Origin: Auanema rhodensis
Lineage: Eukaryota; Animalia; Nematoda
Assembly (NCBI GenBank): GCA_964057225.1
Contig: OZ059894.1
Location: 18,290,001-18,354,000 of the forward strand
Reading direction: 5' to 3'
Length of the DNA stretch: 64,000 nt
Part shown: positions 47,193 to 61,700 of the stretch, in pieces
Layout of the letters: every line of letters begins with the position of its first letter
How positions within the stretch are numbered: the stretch's first letter is position 1
The notes under the pieces: generated by a model
The model's input: only the letters and a program-made list of their open reading frames with translations
Database searches by the model: none
What the model was told of the DNA's origin: nothing
Position numbers and translations under genes: made by a program

Positions 47193-48248
47193 TGGTTACC
47201 ATGCACCAGTATCAATGAAAATTTGTTTTTAGACTAATATGGACATGGGGAATCTAATTTTGAAAACCGCATCTCTTTATCTTTCACGGGAAGCGAGTTA
47301 CATACCATGTGCACATCACGTGTACATTTAATTAGCATAAATTAAAGTTCACGTAATTTTCAAAGTCATGGTTACCATGCACCAATATCGATAAAAATTT
47401 GTTTTTAGACTAATATGGACATGGGGAATCTAATTTTGAAAACCGCATCTCTTTATCTTTTACGGAAATCGAGTTGCATACCATGTGCACATCACCTGTA
47501 CATTTGATTAGCATAAATTAAAGTTCACGTAAATTTCAAAGTCATGGTTACCATGCACCAGTATCAATGAAAATTTGTTTTTAGACTAATATGGACATGG
47601 GGAATCTAATTTTGAAAACCGCATCTCTTTATCTTTCACGGGAAGCGAGTTACATACCATGTGCACATCACGTGTACATTTAATTAGCATAAATTAAAGT
47701 TCACGTAATTTTCAAAGTCATGGTTACCATGCACCAATATCGATAAAAATTTGTTTTTAGACTAATATGGACATGGGGAATCTAATTTTGAAAACCGCAT
47801 CTCTTTATCTTTTACGGAAATCGAGTTGCATACCATGTGCACATCACCTGTACATTTAATTAGCATAAATTAAAGTTCACGTAAATTTCAAAGTCATGGT
47901 TACCATGCACCAGTATCAATGAAAATTTGTTTTTAGACTAATATGGACATGGGGAATCTAATTTTGAAAACCGCATCTCTTTATCTTTCACGGGAAGCGA
48001 GTTACATACCATGTGCACATCACGTGTACATTTAATTAGCATAAATTAAAGTTCACGTAATTTTCAAAGTCATGGTTACCATGCACCAATATCGATAAAA
48101 ATTTGTTTTTAGACTAATATGGACATGGGGAATCTAATTTTGAAAACCGCATCTCTTTATCTTTTACGGAAATCGAGTTGCATACCATGTGCACATCACC
48201 TGTACATTTGATTAGCATAAATTAAAGTTCACGTAAATTTCAAAGTCA
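47193..48248. repeat. 352-bp dimeric higher-order repeat x3
   Basis: Alternating monomer N (CAGTATCAATG..CACGGGAAGC..GTAATTTT) at 47193/47545/47897 and A (ATCGATA..GAAATCGAGTTGC..CACCTG) at 47369/47721/48073. Confidence 0.9.
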
Positions 48249-51200
48249 TGGTTACCATGCACCAGTATCAATGAAAATTTGTTTTTAGACTAATATGGAC
48301 ATGGGGAATCTAATTTTGAAAACCGCATCTCTTTATCTTTCACGGAAAGCGAGTTACATACCATGTGCCCATCACGTGTACATTTAATTAGCATAAATTA
48401 AAGTTCACGTAAATTTCAAAGTCATGGTTACCATGCACCAGTATCAATGAAAATTTGTTTTTAGACTAATATGGACATGGGGAATCTAATTTTGAAAACC
48501 GCATCTCTTTATCTTTCACGGGAAGCGAGTTACATACCATGTGCACATCACGTGTACATTTAATTAGCATAAATTAAAGTTCACGTAATTTTCAAAGTCA
48601 TGGTTACCATGCACCAATATCGATAAAAATTTGTTTTTAGACTAATATGGACATGGGGAATCTAATTTTGAAAACCGCATCTCTTTATCTTTTACGGAAA
48701 TCGAGTTGCATTCCATGTGCACATCACCTGTACATTTGATTAGCATAAATTAAAGTTCACGTAAATTTCAAAGTCATGGTTACCATGCACCAATATCAAT
48801 TAAAATTTGTTTTTAGTCTAATATGGCCATGCGGAATGTAATTATAAAAACCGCATCTCTTTATCTTTCACGGAGAGCGAGTTACATACCATGTGCACAT
48901 CACTTGTACATTTAATTAGCATAAATTAAAGTTCACGTAAATTTCAAAGTCATGGTTACCATGCACCAGTATCAATGAAAATTTGTTTTTGGACTAATAT
49001 GGCCATAGGGAATCTAATTTTCAAAACCCCATCTTTTTATCTATTACGGAAAGCGAGTTACATACCATGTGCCCATCACGTGTACATTTAATTAGCATAA
49101 ATTAAAGTTCACTTAAATTTCAAAGTCATGGTTACCATGCGCCTATATCAATAAAAATTTGTTTTTAGTCTAATATGGCCATGGGGAATCTAATTATGAA
49201 AACCGCATCTCTTTATCTTTTACGGGAAGCGAGTTACATACCATGTGTAAATCACGTGTACATTTAATAAGCATAAATTAAAGTTCACGTAAATTTCAAA
49301 GTCATGGTTACCATGCACCAATATCGATAAAAATTTGTTTTTAGACTAATATGGCCATGGGGAATCTAATTTTGAAAACCGCATCTCTTTATCTTTTACG
49401 GAAAGCGAGTTACATATCATGTGCACATCACGTGTACATTTAATTAGCATAAATTAAAGTTCACGTAAATTTCAAAGTCATGGTTACCATGCGCCTATAT
49501 CAATAAAAATTTGTTTTTGGACTAATATGGCCATGGGGAATCTAATTTTGAAAACCGCATCTCTTTATCTTTTACGGAAAGCGAGTTGCATACCATGTGC
49601 ACATCACGTGTACATTTGATTAGCATAAATTAAAGTTCACGTAAATTTCAAAGTCATGGTTACCATGCACCAATATCAATAAAAATTTGTTTTAAGACTA
49701 ATATGGACATGGGGAATCTAATTTTGAAAACCGCATCTCTTTATCTTTTACGGAAAGCGAGTTGCATACCATGTGCACATCACGTGTACATTTAATTAGC
49801 ATAAATTAAAGTTCACGTAAATTTCAAAGTCATGGTTACCTTGCACCAATATCAATAAAAATTTGTTTTTAGTCTAATATGGCCATGCGGAATGTAATTA
49901 TAAAAACCGCATCTCTTTATCTTTCACGGAGAGCGAGTTACATACCATGTGCACATCACGTGTACATTTAATTAGCATAAATTAAAGTTCACGTAAATTT
50001 CAAAGTCATGGTTACCATGCACCAGTATCAATGAAAATTTGTTTTTGGACTAATATGGCCATAGGGAATCTAATTTTCAAAACCCCATCTTTTTATCTAT
50101 TACGGGAAGCGAGTTACATACCATGTGCCCATCACGTGTACATTTAATTAGCATAAATTAAAGTTCACTTAAATTTCAAAGTCATGGTTACCATGCGCCT
50201 ATATCAATAAAAATTTGTTTTTAGTCTAATATGGCCATGGGGAATCTAATTATGAAAACCGCATCTCTTTATCTTTCACGGAAAGCGAGTTACATACCAT
50301 GTGCACATCACGTGTACATTTAATTAGCATAAATTAAAGTTCACGTAAATTTCAAAGTCATGGTTACCATGCACCAGTATCAATGAAAATTTGTTTTTGG
50401 ACTAATATGGCCATAGGGAATCTAATTTTGAAAACGGCATCTCTTCATCTTTGAGTTACATACCATGTGTACATCACGTGTACATTTAATTAGCATAAAT
50501 TAAAGTTCACGTAATTTTCAAAGTCATGGTTACCATGCACCAATATCGATAAAAATTTGTTTTTAGACTAATATGGACATGGGGAATCTAATTTTGAAAA
50601 CCGCATCTCTTTATCTTTTACGGAAATCGAGTTGCATACCATGTGCACATCACCTGTACATTTGATTAACATAAATTAAAGTTCACGTAAATTTCAAAGT
50701 CATGGTTACCATGCACCAATATCAATTAAAATTTGTTTTTAGTCTAATATGGCCATGCGGAATGTAATTATAAAAACCGCATCTCTTTATCTTTCACGGA
50801 GAGCGAGTTACATACCATGTGCACATCACGTGTACATTTAATTAGCATAAATTAAAGTTCACGTAAATTTCAAAGTCATGGTTACCATGCACCAGTATCA
50901 ATGAAAATTTGTTTTTGGACTAATATGGCCATAGGGAATCTAATTTTCAAAACCCCATCTTTTTATCTATTACGGAAAGCGAGTTACATACCATGTGCCC
51001 ATCACGTGTACATTTAATTAGCATAAATTAAAGTTCACTTAAATTTCAAAGTCATGGTTACCATGCGCCTATATCAATAAAAATTTGTTTTTAGTCTAAT
51101 ATGGCCATGGGGAATCTAATTATGAAAACCGCATCTCTTTATCTTTTACGGGAAGCGAGTTACATACCATGTGTAAATCACGTGTACATTTAATAAGCAT

Positions 51201-52286
51201 AAATTAAAGTTCACGTAAATTTCAAAGTCATGGTTACCATGCACCAATATCGATAAAAAATTGTTTTTAGACTAATATGGACATGGGGAATCTAATTTTG
51301 AAAACCGCATCTCTTTATCTTTCACGGGAAGCGAGTTACATACCATGTGCACATCACGTGTACATTTAATTAGCATAAATTAAAGTTCACGTAAATTTCA
51401 AAGTCAAGGTTACCATGCACCAATATCGATAAAAATTTGTTTTTAGACTAATATGGACATGGGGAATCTAATTTTGAAAACCGCATCTCTTTATCTTTCA
51501 CGGGAAGCGAGTTACATGTCATGTGCACATCACGTGTACATTTAATTAGCATAAATTAAAGTTCACGTAAATTTCAAAGTCATGGTTACCATGCACCTAT
51601 ATCAATAAAAATTTGTTTTCAGTCTAATATGGAAATGGGGAATCTAATTTTGAAAACCGCATCTCTTTATCTTTTACGGAAAGCGAGTTACATACCATGT
51701 GTAAATCACGTGTACATTTAATTAGCATAAATTAAAGTTCACGTAAATTTCAAAGTCATGGTTACCATGCACCAGTATAAATGAAAATTTGTTTTTGGAC
51801 TAATATGGCCATAGGGAATCTAATTATGAAAACCGCATCTCTTTATCTTTCACGGAAAGAGAGTTACATATCATGTGCACATCACGTGTACATTTAATTA
51901 GCATAAATTAAAGTTCACGTAAATTTCAAAGTCATGGTTACCATGCACCAGTATCAATAAAAATTTGTTTTTGGACTAATATGGCCATGGGGAATCTAAT
52001 TTTGAAAACCGCATCTCTTTATCTTTTACGGAAAGCGAGTTGCATACCATGTGCACATCACGTGTACATTTAATTAGCATAAATTAAAGTTCACGTAAAT
52101 TTCAAAGTCATGGTTACCATGCACCTATATCAATACAAATTTGTTTTCAGTCTAATATGGAAATGGGGAATCTAATTTTGAAAACCGCATCTCTTTATCT
52201 TTTACGGAAAGCGAGTTACATACAATGTGTAAATCACGTGTACATTTAATTAGCATAAATTAAAGTTCACGTAAATTTCAAAGTCA

Positions 52287-52398
52287 TGGTTACCTTGCTT
52301 CAGTATCAATGAAAATTTATTTTCGGACTAATATGGCCATGGGGAATCTAATTTTAAAAAATTAGCATAAATTAAAGTTCACGTAAATTTCAAAGTCA
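52287..52398. repeat. 112-bp truncated monomer (64-bp internal deletion)
   Basis: ATTTTAAAAA|ATTAGCATAA at 52360/52361 joins monomer position 74 to 139. Confidence 0.96.
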
Positions 52399-52574
52399 TG
52401 GTTACCTTGCACCAGTATCAATGAAAATTTGTTTTCGGACTAATATGGCCATGGGGAATCTAATTTTAAAAACCGCATCTCTTTATCTTTTACGGAAAGC
52501 GAGTTACATACCATGTGTAAATCACGTGTACATTTAATTAGCATAAATTAAAGTTCACGTAAATTTCAAAGTCA

Positions 52575-52802
52575 TGGTTACCATGCACCAGTATAAATGA
52601 AAATTTGTTTTTGGACTAATATGGCCATAGGGAATCTAACCAGTATCAATAAAAATTTGTTTTTGGACTAATATGGCCATGGGGAATCTTATTTTGAAAA
52701 CCGCATCTCTTTATCTTTTACGGAAAGCGAGTTGCATACCATGTGCACATCACCTGTACATTTGATTAGCAAAAATTAAAGTTCACGTAAATTTCAAAGT
52801 CA
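52575..52802. repeat. 228-bp fused dimer (124-bp deletion spanning a monomer boundary)
   Basis: GGAATCTAA|CCAGTATC at 52639/52640 joins position 65 of one monomer to position 14 of the next, leaving a local 52-bp near-tandem repeat. Confidence 0.96.
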
Positions 52803-55784
52803 TGGTTACCATGCACCAATATCAATAAAAATTTGTTTTAAGACTTATATGGACATGGGGAATCTAATTTTGAAAACCGCATCTCTTTATCTTTTACGGA
52901 AAGCGAGTTGCATACCATGTGCACATCACCTGTACATTTGATTAGCATAAATTAAAGTTCACGTAAATTTCAAAGTCATGGTTACCATGCACCAATATCA
53001 ATAAAAATTTGTTTTAAGACTAATATGGACATGGGAAATCTAATTTTGAAAACCGCATCTCTATATCTTTCACGTGAAGCGAGTTACATGCCATGTGCAC
53101 ACCACGTGTACATTTAATTAGCATAAATTAAAGTTCACGTAAATTTCAAAGTCATGGTTACCATGCACCAATATCAATAAAAATTTGTTTTTAGTCTAAT
53201 ATGGCCATGCGGAATGTAATTATAAAAACCGCATCTCTTTATCTTTCACGTGAAGCGAGTTACATGCCATGTGCACATCACGTGCACATTTAATTAGCAT
53301 AAATTAAAGTTCACGTAAATTTCAAAGTCATGGTTACCATGCACCAGTATCAATAAAAATTTGTTTTTGGACTAATATGGCCATAGGGAATCCAATTTTG
53401 AAAACGGCATCTCTTCATCTTTGAGTTACATACCATGTGTACATCACGTGTACATTTAATTAGCATAAATTAAAGTTCACGTAAATTTCAAAGTCATGGT
53501 TACCATGCACCAATATCGATAAAAATTTGTTTTTAGACTAATATGGACATGAAGAATCTAATTTTGAAAACCGCATCTCTTTCTCTTTTACGGGAAGCGA
53601 GTTACATACCATGTGCACATCACGTGTACATTTAAGTAGCATAAATTAAAGTTCACGTAAATTTCAAAGTCATGGTTACCATGCACCAATATCGATAAAA
53701 ATTTGTTTTTAGACTAATATGGACATGGGGAATCTAATTTTGAAAACCGCATCTCTTTATCTTTCACGGGAAGCGAGTTACATACCATGTGCACATCACC
53801 TGTACATTTGATTAGCATAAATTAAAGTTCACGTAAATTTCAAAGTCATGGTTACCATGCACCTATATCAATAAAAATTTGTTTTCAGTCTAATATGGAA
53901 ATGGGGAATCTAATTTTGAAAACCGCATCTCTTCATCTTTCACGTGAAGCGAGTTACATACCAAGTGCACATCACGTGTACATTTAATTAGCATAAATTA
54001 AAGTTCACGTAAATTTCAAAGTCATGGTTACCTTGCACCAGTATCAATGAAAATTTGTTTTCGGACTAATATGGCCATGGGGAATCTAATTTTAAAACCC
54101 GCATCTCTTTATCTTTCACGGAAAGCGAGTTACATACCATGTGCACATCACCTGTACATTTGATTAGCATAAATTAAAGTTCACGTAAATTTCAAAGTCA
54201 TGGTTACCATGCACCAGTATGAATGAAAATTTGTTTTTGGACTAATATGGCCATAGGGAATCTAATTATGAAAACCGCATCTCTTTATCTTTCACGGAAA
54301 GAGAGTTACATATCATGTGCACATCACGTGTACATTTAATTAGCATAAATTAAAGTTTACGTAAATTTCAAAGTCATGGTTACCATGCACCTATATCAAT
54401 AAAAATTTGTTTTCAGTCTAATATGGAAATGGGGAATCTAATTTTGAAAACCGCATCTCTTCCTCTTTTACGGGAAGCGAGTTACATACCATGTGCACAT
54501 CACGTGTACATTTAATTAGCATAAATTAAAGTTCACGTAAATTTCAAAGTCATGGTTACCATGCACCTATATCAATAAAAATTTGTTTTCAGTCTAATAT
54601 GGAAATGGGGAATCTAATTTTGAAAACCGCATCTCTTCCTCTTTTACGGGAAGCGAGTTACATACCATGTGCACATCACGTGTACATTTAATTAGCATAA
54701 ATTAAAGTTCACGTAATCTTCAAAGTCATGGTTACCATGCACCAGTATCAATAAAAACTTGTTTTTGGACTAATATGGCCATGGGGAATTTAATTTTGAA
54801 AACCGCATCTTTTTATCTTTTACGGAAAGCGAGTTGCATACCATGTGCACATCACCTGTACATTTGATTAGCATAAATTAAAATTCACGTAAATTTCAAA
54901 GTCATGGTTACCATGCACCAATATCAATAAAAATTTGTTTTAAGACTAATATGGACATGGGGAATCTAATTTTGAAAACCGCATCTCTTTATCTTTCACG
55001 TGAAGCGAGTCACATACCATGTGCACATCACGTGTACATTTAATTAGCATAAATTAAAGTTCACGTAAATTTCAAAGTCATGGTTACCATGCACCAGTAT
55101 CAATAAAAATTTGTTTTTGGACTAATATGGCCATGGGGAATTTAATTTTGAAAACCGCATCTCTTTATCTTTTACGGAAAGCGAGTTGCATACCATGTGC
55201 ACATCACGTGTACATTTAATTAGCATAAATTAAAGTTCACGTAAATTTCAAAGTCATGGTTACCATGCACCAGTATCAATGAAAATTTGTTTTAAGACTA
55301 ATATGAACATGGGGAATCTAATTTTGAAAACCGCATCTCTTTATCTTTCACGTGAAGCGAGTTACATACCATGTGCACATCACGTGTACATTTAATTAGC
55401 ATAAATTAAAGTTCACGTAAATTTCAAAGTCATGGTTACCATGCACCAATATCAATAAAAATTTGTTTTTAGTCTAATATGGCCATGCGGAATGTAAATA
55501 TAAAAACCGCATCTCTTTATCTTTCACGGAGAGCGAGTTACATACCATGTGCACATCACGTGTACATTTAGTTAGCATAAATTAAAGTTCACGTAAATTT
55601 CAAAGTCATGGTTACCATGCACCAGTATCAATAAAAATTTGTTTTTGGACTAATATGGCCATGGGGAATCTAATTTTGAAAACCGCGTCTCTTTATCTTT
55701 TACGGGAAGCGATTTACATACCATGTGTACATCACGTGTACACTTAGTTAGCATAAATTAAAGTTCACGTAAATTTCAAAGTCA

Positions 55785-58700
55785 TGGTTACCATGCACCA
55801 GTATCAATAAAAATTTGTTTTTGGACTAATATGGCCATGGGGAATCTAATTTTGAAAACCGCGTCTCTTTATCTTTTACGGGAAGCGAGTTACATACCAT
55901 GTGCACATCACGTGTACATTTAATTAGCATAAATTAAAGTTCACGTAAATTTCAAAGTCATGGTTACCATGCACCAGTATCAATAAAAATTTGTTTTTGG
56001 ACTAATATGGCCATAGGGAATCTAATTTTGAAAACGGCATCTCTTCATCTTTGAGTTACATACCATGTGCACATCACGTGTACATTTAATTAGCATAAAT
56101 TAAAGTTCACGTAAATTTCAAAGTCATGGTTACCATGCACCAATATCGATAAAAATTTGTTTTTAGACTAATATGGACATGGTGAATCTAATTTTGAAAA
56201 CCGCATCTCTTTATCTTTCACGTGAAGCGAGTTACATACCATGTGCACATCACGTGTACATTTGATTAGCATAAATTAAAGTTCACGTAAATTTCAAAGT
56301 CATGGTTACCATGCACCAATATCAATAAAAATTTGTTTTAAGACTAATATGGCCATGCGGAATGTAATTATAAAAACCGCATCTCTTCATCTTTCACGGA
56401 GAGCGAGTTACGTACCATGTGCACATCACGTGTACATTTAATTAGCATAAATTAAAGTTCACGTAAATTTCAAAGTCATGGTTACCATGCACCAGTATCA
56501 ATGAAAATTTGTTTTTGGACTAATATGGCCATAGGGAATCTAATTTTCAAAACCCCATCTTTTTATCTATTACGGAAAGCGAGTTACATACCATGTGCCC
56601 ATCACGTGTACATTTAATTAGCATAAATTAAAGTTCACTTAAATTTCAAAGTCATGGTTACCATGCGCCTATATCAATAAAAATTTGTTTTTAGTCTAAT
56701 ATGGCCATGGGGAATCTAATTATGAAAACCGCATCTCTTTATCTTTTACGGGAAGCGAGTTACATACCATGTGTAAATCACGTGTACATTTAATTAGCAT
56801 AAATTAAAGTTCACGTAAATTTCAAAGTCATGGTTACCATGCACCAATATCGATAAAAATTTGTTTTTAGACTAATATGGACATGGGGAATCTAATTTTG
56901 AAAACCGCATCTCTTTATCTTTCACGGGAAGCGAGTTACATATCATGTGCACATCACGTGTACATTTAATTAGCATAAATTAAAGTTCACGTAAATTTCA
57001 AAGTCATGGTTACCATGCGCCTATATCAATAAAAATTTGTTTTTAGTCTAATATGGAAATGGGGAATCTAATTTTGAAAACCGCATCTCTTTATCTTTTA
57101 CGGGAAGCGAGTTACATACCATGTGCACATCACGTGTACATTTAATTAGCATAAATTAAAGTTCACGTAAATTTCAAAGTCATGGTTACCATGCACCAAT
57201 ATCGATAAAAATTTGTTTTTAGACTAATATGGACATGGGGAATCTAATTTTGAAAACCGCATCTCTTTATCTTTCACGGGAAGCGAGTTACATATCATGT
57301 GCACATCACGTGTACATTTAATTAGCATAAATTAAAGTTCACGTAAATTTCAAAGTCATGGTTACCATGCACCTATATCAATAAAAATTTGTTTTCAGTC
57401 TAATATGGAAATGGGGAATCTAATTTTGAAAACCGCATCTCTTCATCTTTCACGTGAAGCGAGTTACATACCAAGTGCACATCACGTGTACATTTAATTA
57501 GCATAAATTAAAGTTCACGTAAATTTCAAAGTCATGGTTACCTTGCACCAGTATCAATGAAAATTTGTTTTCGGACTAATATGGACATGGGGAATCTAAT
57601 TTTGAAAACCGCATCTCTTTATCTTTTACGGAAAGCGAGTTGCATACCTTGTGCACATCACCTGTACATTTGATTAGCATAAATTAAAGTTCACGTAAAT
57701 TTCAAAGTCATGGTTACCATGCACCAGTATCAATAAAAATTTGTTTTCGGACTAATATGGCCATGGGGAATCTAATTTTAAAACCCGCATCTCTTTATCT
57801 TTCACGGGAAGCGATGTACATACCATGTGTACATCACGTGTACATTTAATTAGCATAAATTAAAGTTCACGTAAATTTCAAAGTCATGGTTACCATGCAC
57901 CTATATCAATAAAAATTTGTTTTCAGTCTAATATGGAAATGGGGAATCTAATTTTGAAAACGGCATCTCTTCCTCTTTTACGGGAAGCGAGTTACATACC
58001 ATGTGCACATCACGTGTACATTTAATTAGCATAAATTAAAGTTCACGTAAATTTCAAAGTCATGGTTACCATGCACCTATATCAATAAAAATTTGTTTTC
58101 AGTCTAATATGGAAATGGGGAATCTAATTTTGAAAACCGCATCTCTTTATCTTTTACGGGAAGCGAGTTACATACCATGTGCACATCACGTGTACATTTA
58201 ATTAGCATAAATTAAAGTTCACGTAATCTTCAAAGTCATGGTTACCATGCACCAGTATCAATAAAAACTTGTTTTTGGACTAATATGGCCATGGGGAATT
58301 TAATTTTGAAAACCGCATCTTTTTATCTTTTACGGAAAGCGAGTTGCATACCATGTGCACATCACGTGTACATTTAATTAGCATAAATTAAAGTTCACGT
58401 AAATTTCAAAGTCATGGTTACCATGCACCAGTATCAATGAAAATTTGTTTTAAGACTAATATGAACATGGGGAATCTAATTTTGAAAACCGCATCTCTTT
58501 ATCTTTCACGTGAAGCGAGTTACATACCATGTGCACATCACGTGTACATTTAGTTAGCATAAATTAAAGTTCACGTAAATTTCAAAGTCATGGTTACCAT
58601 GCACCAGTATCAATAAAAATTTGTTTTTGGACTAATATGGCCATGGGGAATCTAATTTTGAAAACCGCGTCTCTTTATCTTTTACGGGAAGCGATTTACA

Positions 58701-61700
58701 TACCATGTGTACATCACGTGTACATTTAGTTAGCATAAATTAAAGTTCACGTAAATTTCAAAGTCATGGTTACCATGCACCAGTATCAATAAAAATTTGT
58801 TTTTGGACTAATATGGCCATGGGGAATCTAATTTTGAAAACCGCGTCTCTTTATCTTTTACGGGAAGCGAGTTACATACCATGTGCCCATCACGTGTACA
58901 TTTAATTAGCATAAATTAAAGTTCACTTAAATTTCAAAGTCATGGTTACCATGCGCCTATATCAATAAAAATTTGTTTTTAGTCTAATATGGCCATGGGG
59001 AATCTAATTATGAAAACCGCATCTCTTTATCTTTTACGGGAAGCGAGTTACATACCATGTGCACATCACGTGTACATTTAATTAGCATAAATTAAAGTTC
59101 ACGTAAATTTCAAAGTCATGGTTACCATGCACCAGTATCAATGAAAATTTGTTTTAAGACTAATATGAACATGGGGAATCTAATTTTGAAAACCGCATCT
59201 CTTTATCTTTCACGTGAAGCGAGTTACATACCATGTGCACATCACGTGTACATTTAGTTAGCATAAATTAAAGTTCACGTAAATTTCAAAGTCATGGTTA
59301 CCATGCACCAGTATCAATAAAAATTTGTTTTTGGACTAATATGGCCATGGGGAATCTAATTTTGAAAACCGCGTCTCTTTATCTTTTACGGGAAGCGATT
59401 TACATACCATGTGTACATCACGTGTACATTTAGTTAGCATAAATTAAAGTTCACGTAAATTTCAAAGTCATGGTTACCATGCACCAGTATCAATAAAAAT
59501 TTGTTTTTGGACTAATATGGCCATGGGGAATTTAATTTTGAAAACCGCATCTTTTTATCTTTTACGGAAAGCGAGTTGCATACCATGTGCACATCACCTG
59601 TACATTTGATTAGCATAAATTAAAGTTCACGTAAATTTCAAAGTCATGGTTACCATGCACCTATATCAATAAAAATTTGTTTTCAGTCTAATATGGAAAT
59701 GGGGAATCTAATTTTGAAAACCGCATCTCTTCCTCTTTTACGGGAAGCGAGTTACATACCATGTGCACATCACGTGTACATTTAATTAGCATAAATTAAA
59801 GTTCACGTAATCTTCAAAGTCATGGTTACCATGCACCAGTATCAATAAAAACTTGTTTTTGGACTAATATGGCCATGGGGAATTTAATTTTGAAAACCGC
59901 ATCTTTTTATCTTTTACGGAAAGCGAGTTGCATACCATGTGCACATCACCTGTACATTTGATTAGCATAAATTAAAATTCACGTAAATTTCAAAGTCATG
60001 GTTACCATGCACCAATATCAATAAAAATTTGTTTTAAGACTAATATGGACATGGGGAATCTAATTTTGAAAACCGCATCTCTTTATCTTTCACGTGAAGC
60101 GAGTTACATACCATGTGCACATCACGTGTACATTTAATTAGCATAAATTAAAGTTCACGTAAATTTCAAAGTCATGGTTACCATGCACCAGTATCAATAA
60201 AAATTTGTTTTTGGACTAATATGGCCATGGGGAATTTAATTTTGAAAACCGCATCTCTTTATCTTTTACGGAAAGCGAGTTGCATACCATGTGCACATCA
60301 CGTGTACATTTAATTAGCATAAATTAAAGTTCACGTAAATTTCAAAGTCATGGTTACCATGCACCAGTATCAATGAAAATTTGTTTTAAGACTAATATGA
60401 ACATGGGGAATCTAATTTTGAAAACCGCATCTCTTTATCTTTCACGTGAAGCGAGTTACATACCATGTGCACATCACGTGTACATTTAATTAGCATAAAT
60501 TAAAGTTCACGTAAATTTCAAAGTCATGGTTACCATGCACCAATATCAATAAAAATTTGTTTTTAGTCTAATATGGCCATGCGGAATGTAATTATAAAAA
60601 CCGCATCTCTTTATCTTTCACGGAGAGCGAGTTACATACCATGTGCACATCACGTGTACATTTAATTAGCATAAATTAAAGTTCACGTAAATTTCAAAGT
60701 CATGGTTACCATGCACCAGTATCAATAAAAATTTGTTTTTGGACTAATATGGCCATGGGGAATCTAATTTTGAAAACCGCGTCTCTTTATCTTTTACGGG
60801 AAGCGATTTACATACCATGTGTACATCACGTGTACATTTAATTAGCATAAATTAAAGTTCACGTAAATTTCAAAGTCATGGTTACCATGCACCAGTATCA
60901 ATGAAAATTTGTTTTTGGACTAATATGGCCATGGGGAATCTAATTTTGAAAACCGCGTCTCTTTATCTTTTACGGGAAGCGATGTACATACCATGTGTAC
61001 ATCACGTGTACATTTAATTAGCATAAATTAAAGTTCACGTAAATTTCAAAGTCATGGTTACCATGCACCAATATCAATAAAAATTTGTTTTAAGACTAAT
61101 ATGGACATGGGGAATCTAATTTTGAAAACCGCATCTCTTTATCTTTCACGTGAAGCGAGTTACATACCATGTGCACATCACGTGTACATTTAATTAGCAT
61201 AAATTAAAGTTCACGTAAATTTCAAAGTCATGGTTACCATGCACCAATATCAATAAAAATTTGTTTTTAGTCTAATATGGCCATGCGGAATGTAATTATA
61301 AAAACCGCATCTCTTCATCTTTCACGTGAAGCGAGTTACATACCATGTGCACATCACGTGTACATTTAATTAGCATAAATTAAAGTTCACGTAAATTTCA
61401 AAGTCATGGTTACCATGCACCAGTATCAATAAAAATTTGTTTTTGGACTAATATGGCCATGGGGAATCTAATTTTGAAAACCGCGTCTCTTTATCTTTTA
61501 CGGGAAGCGATTTACATACCATGTGTACATCACGTGTACATTTAATTAGCATAAATTAAAGTTCACGTAAATTTCAAAGTCATGGTTACCATGCACCAGT
61601 ATCAATGAAAATTTGTTTTTGGACTAATATGGCCATGGGGAATCTAATTTTGAAAACCGCGTCTCTTTATCTTTTACGGGAAGCGATTTACATACCATGT

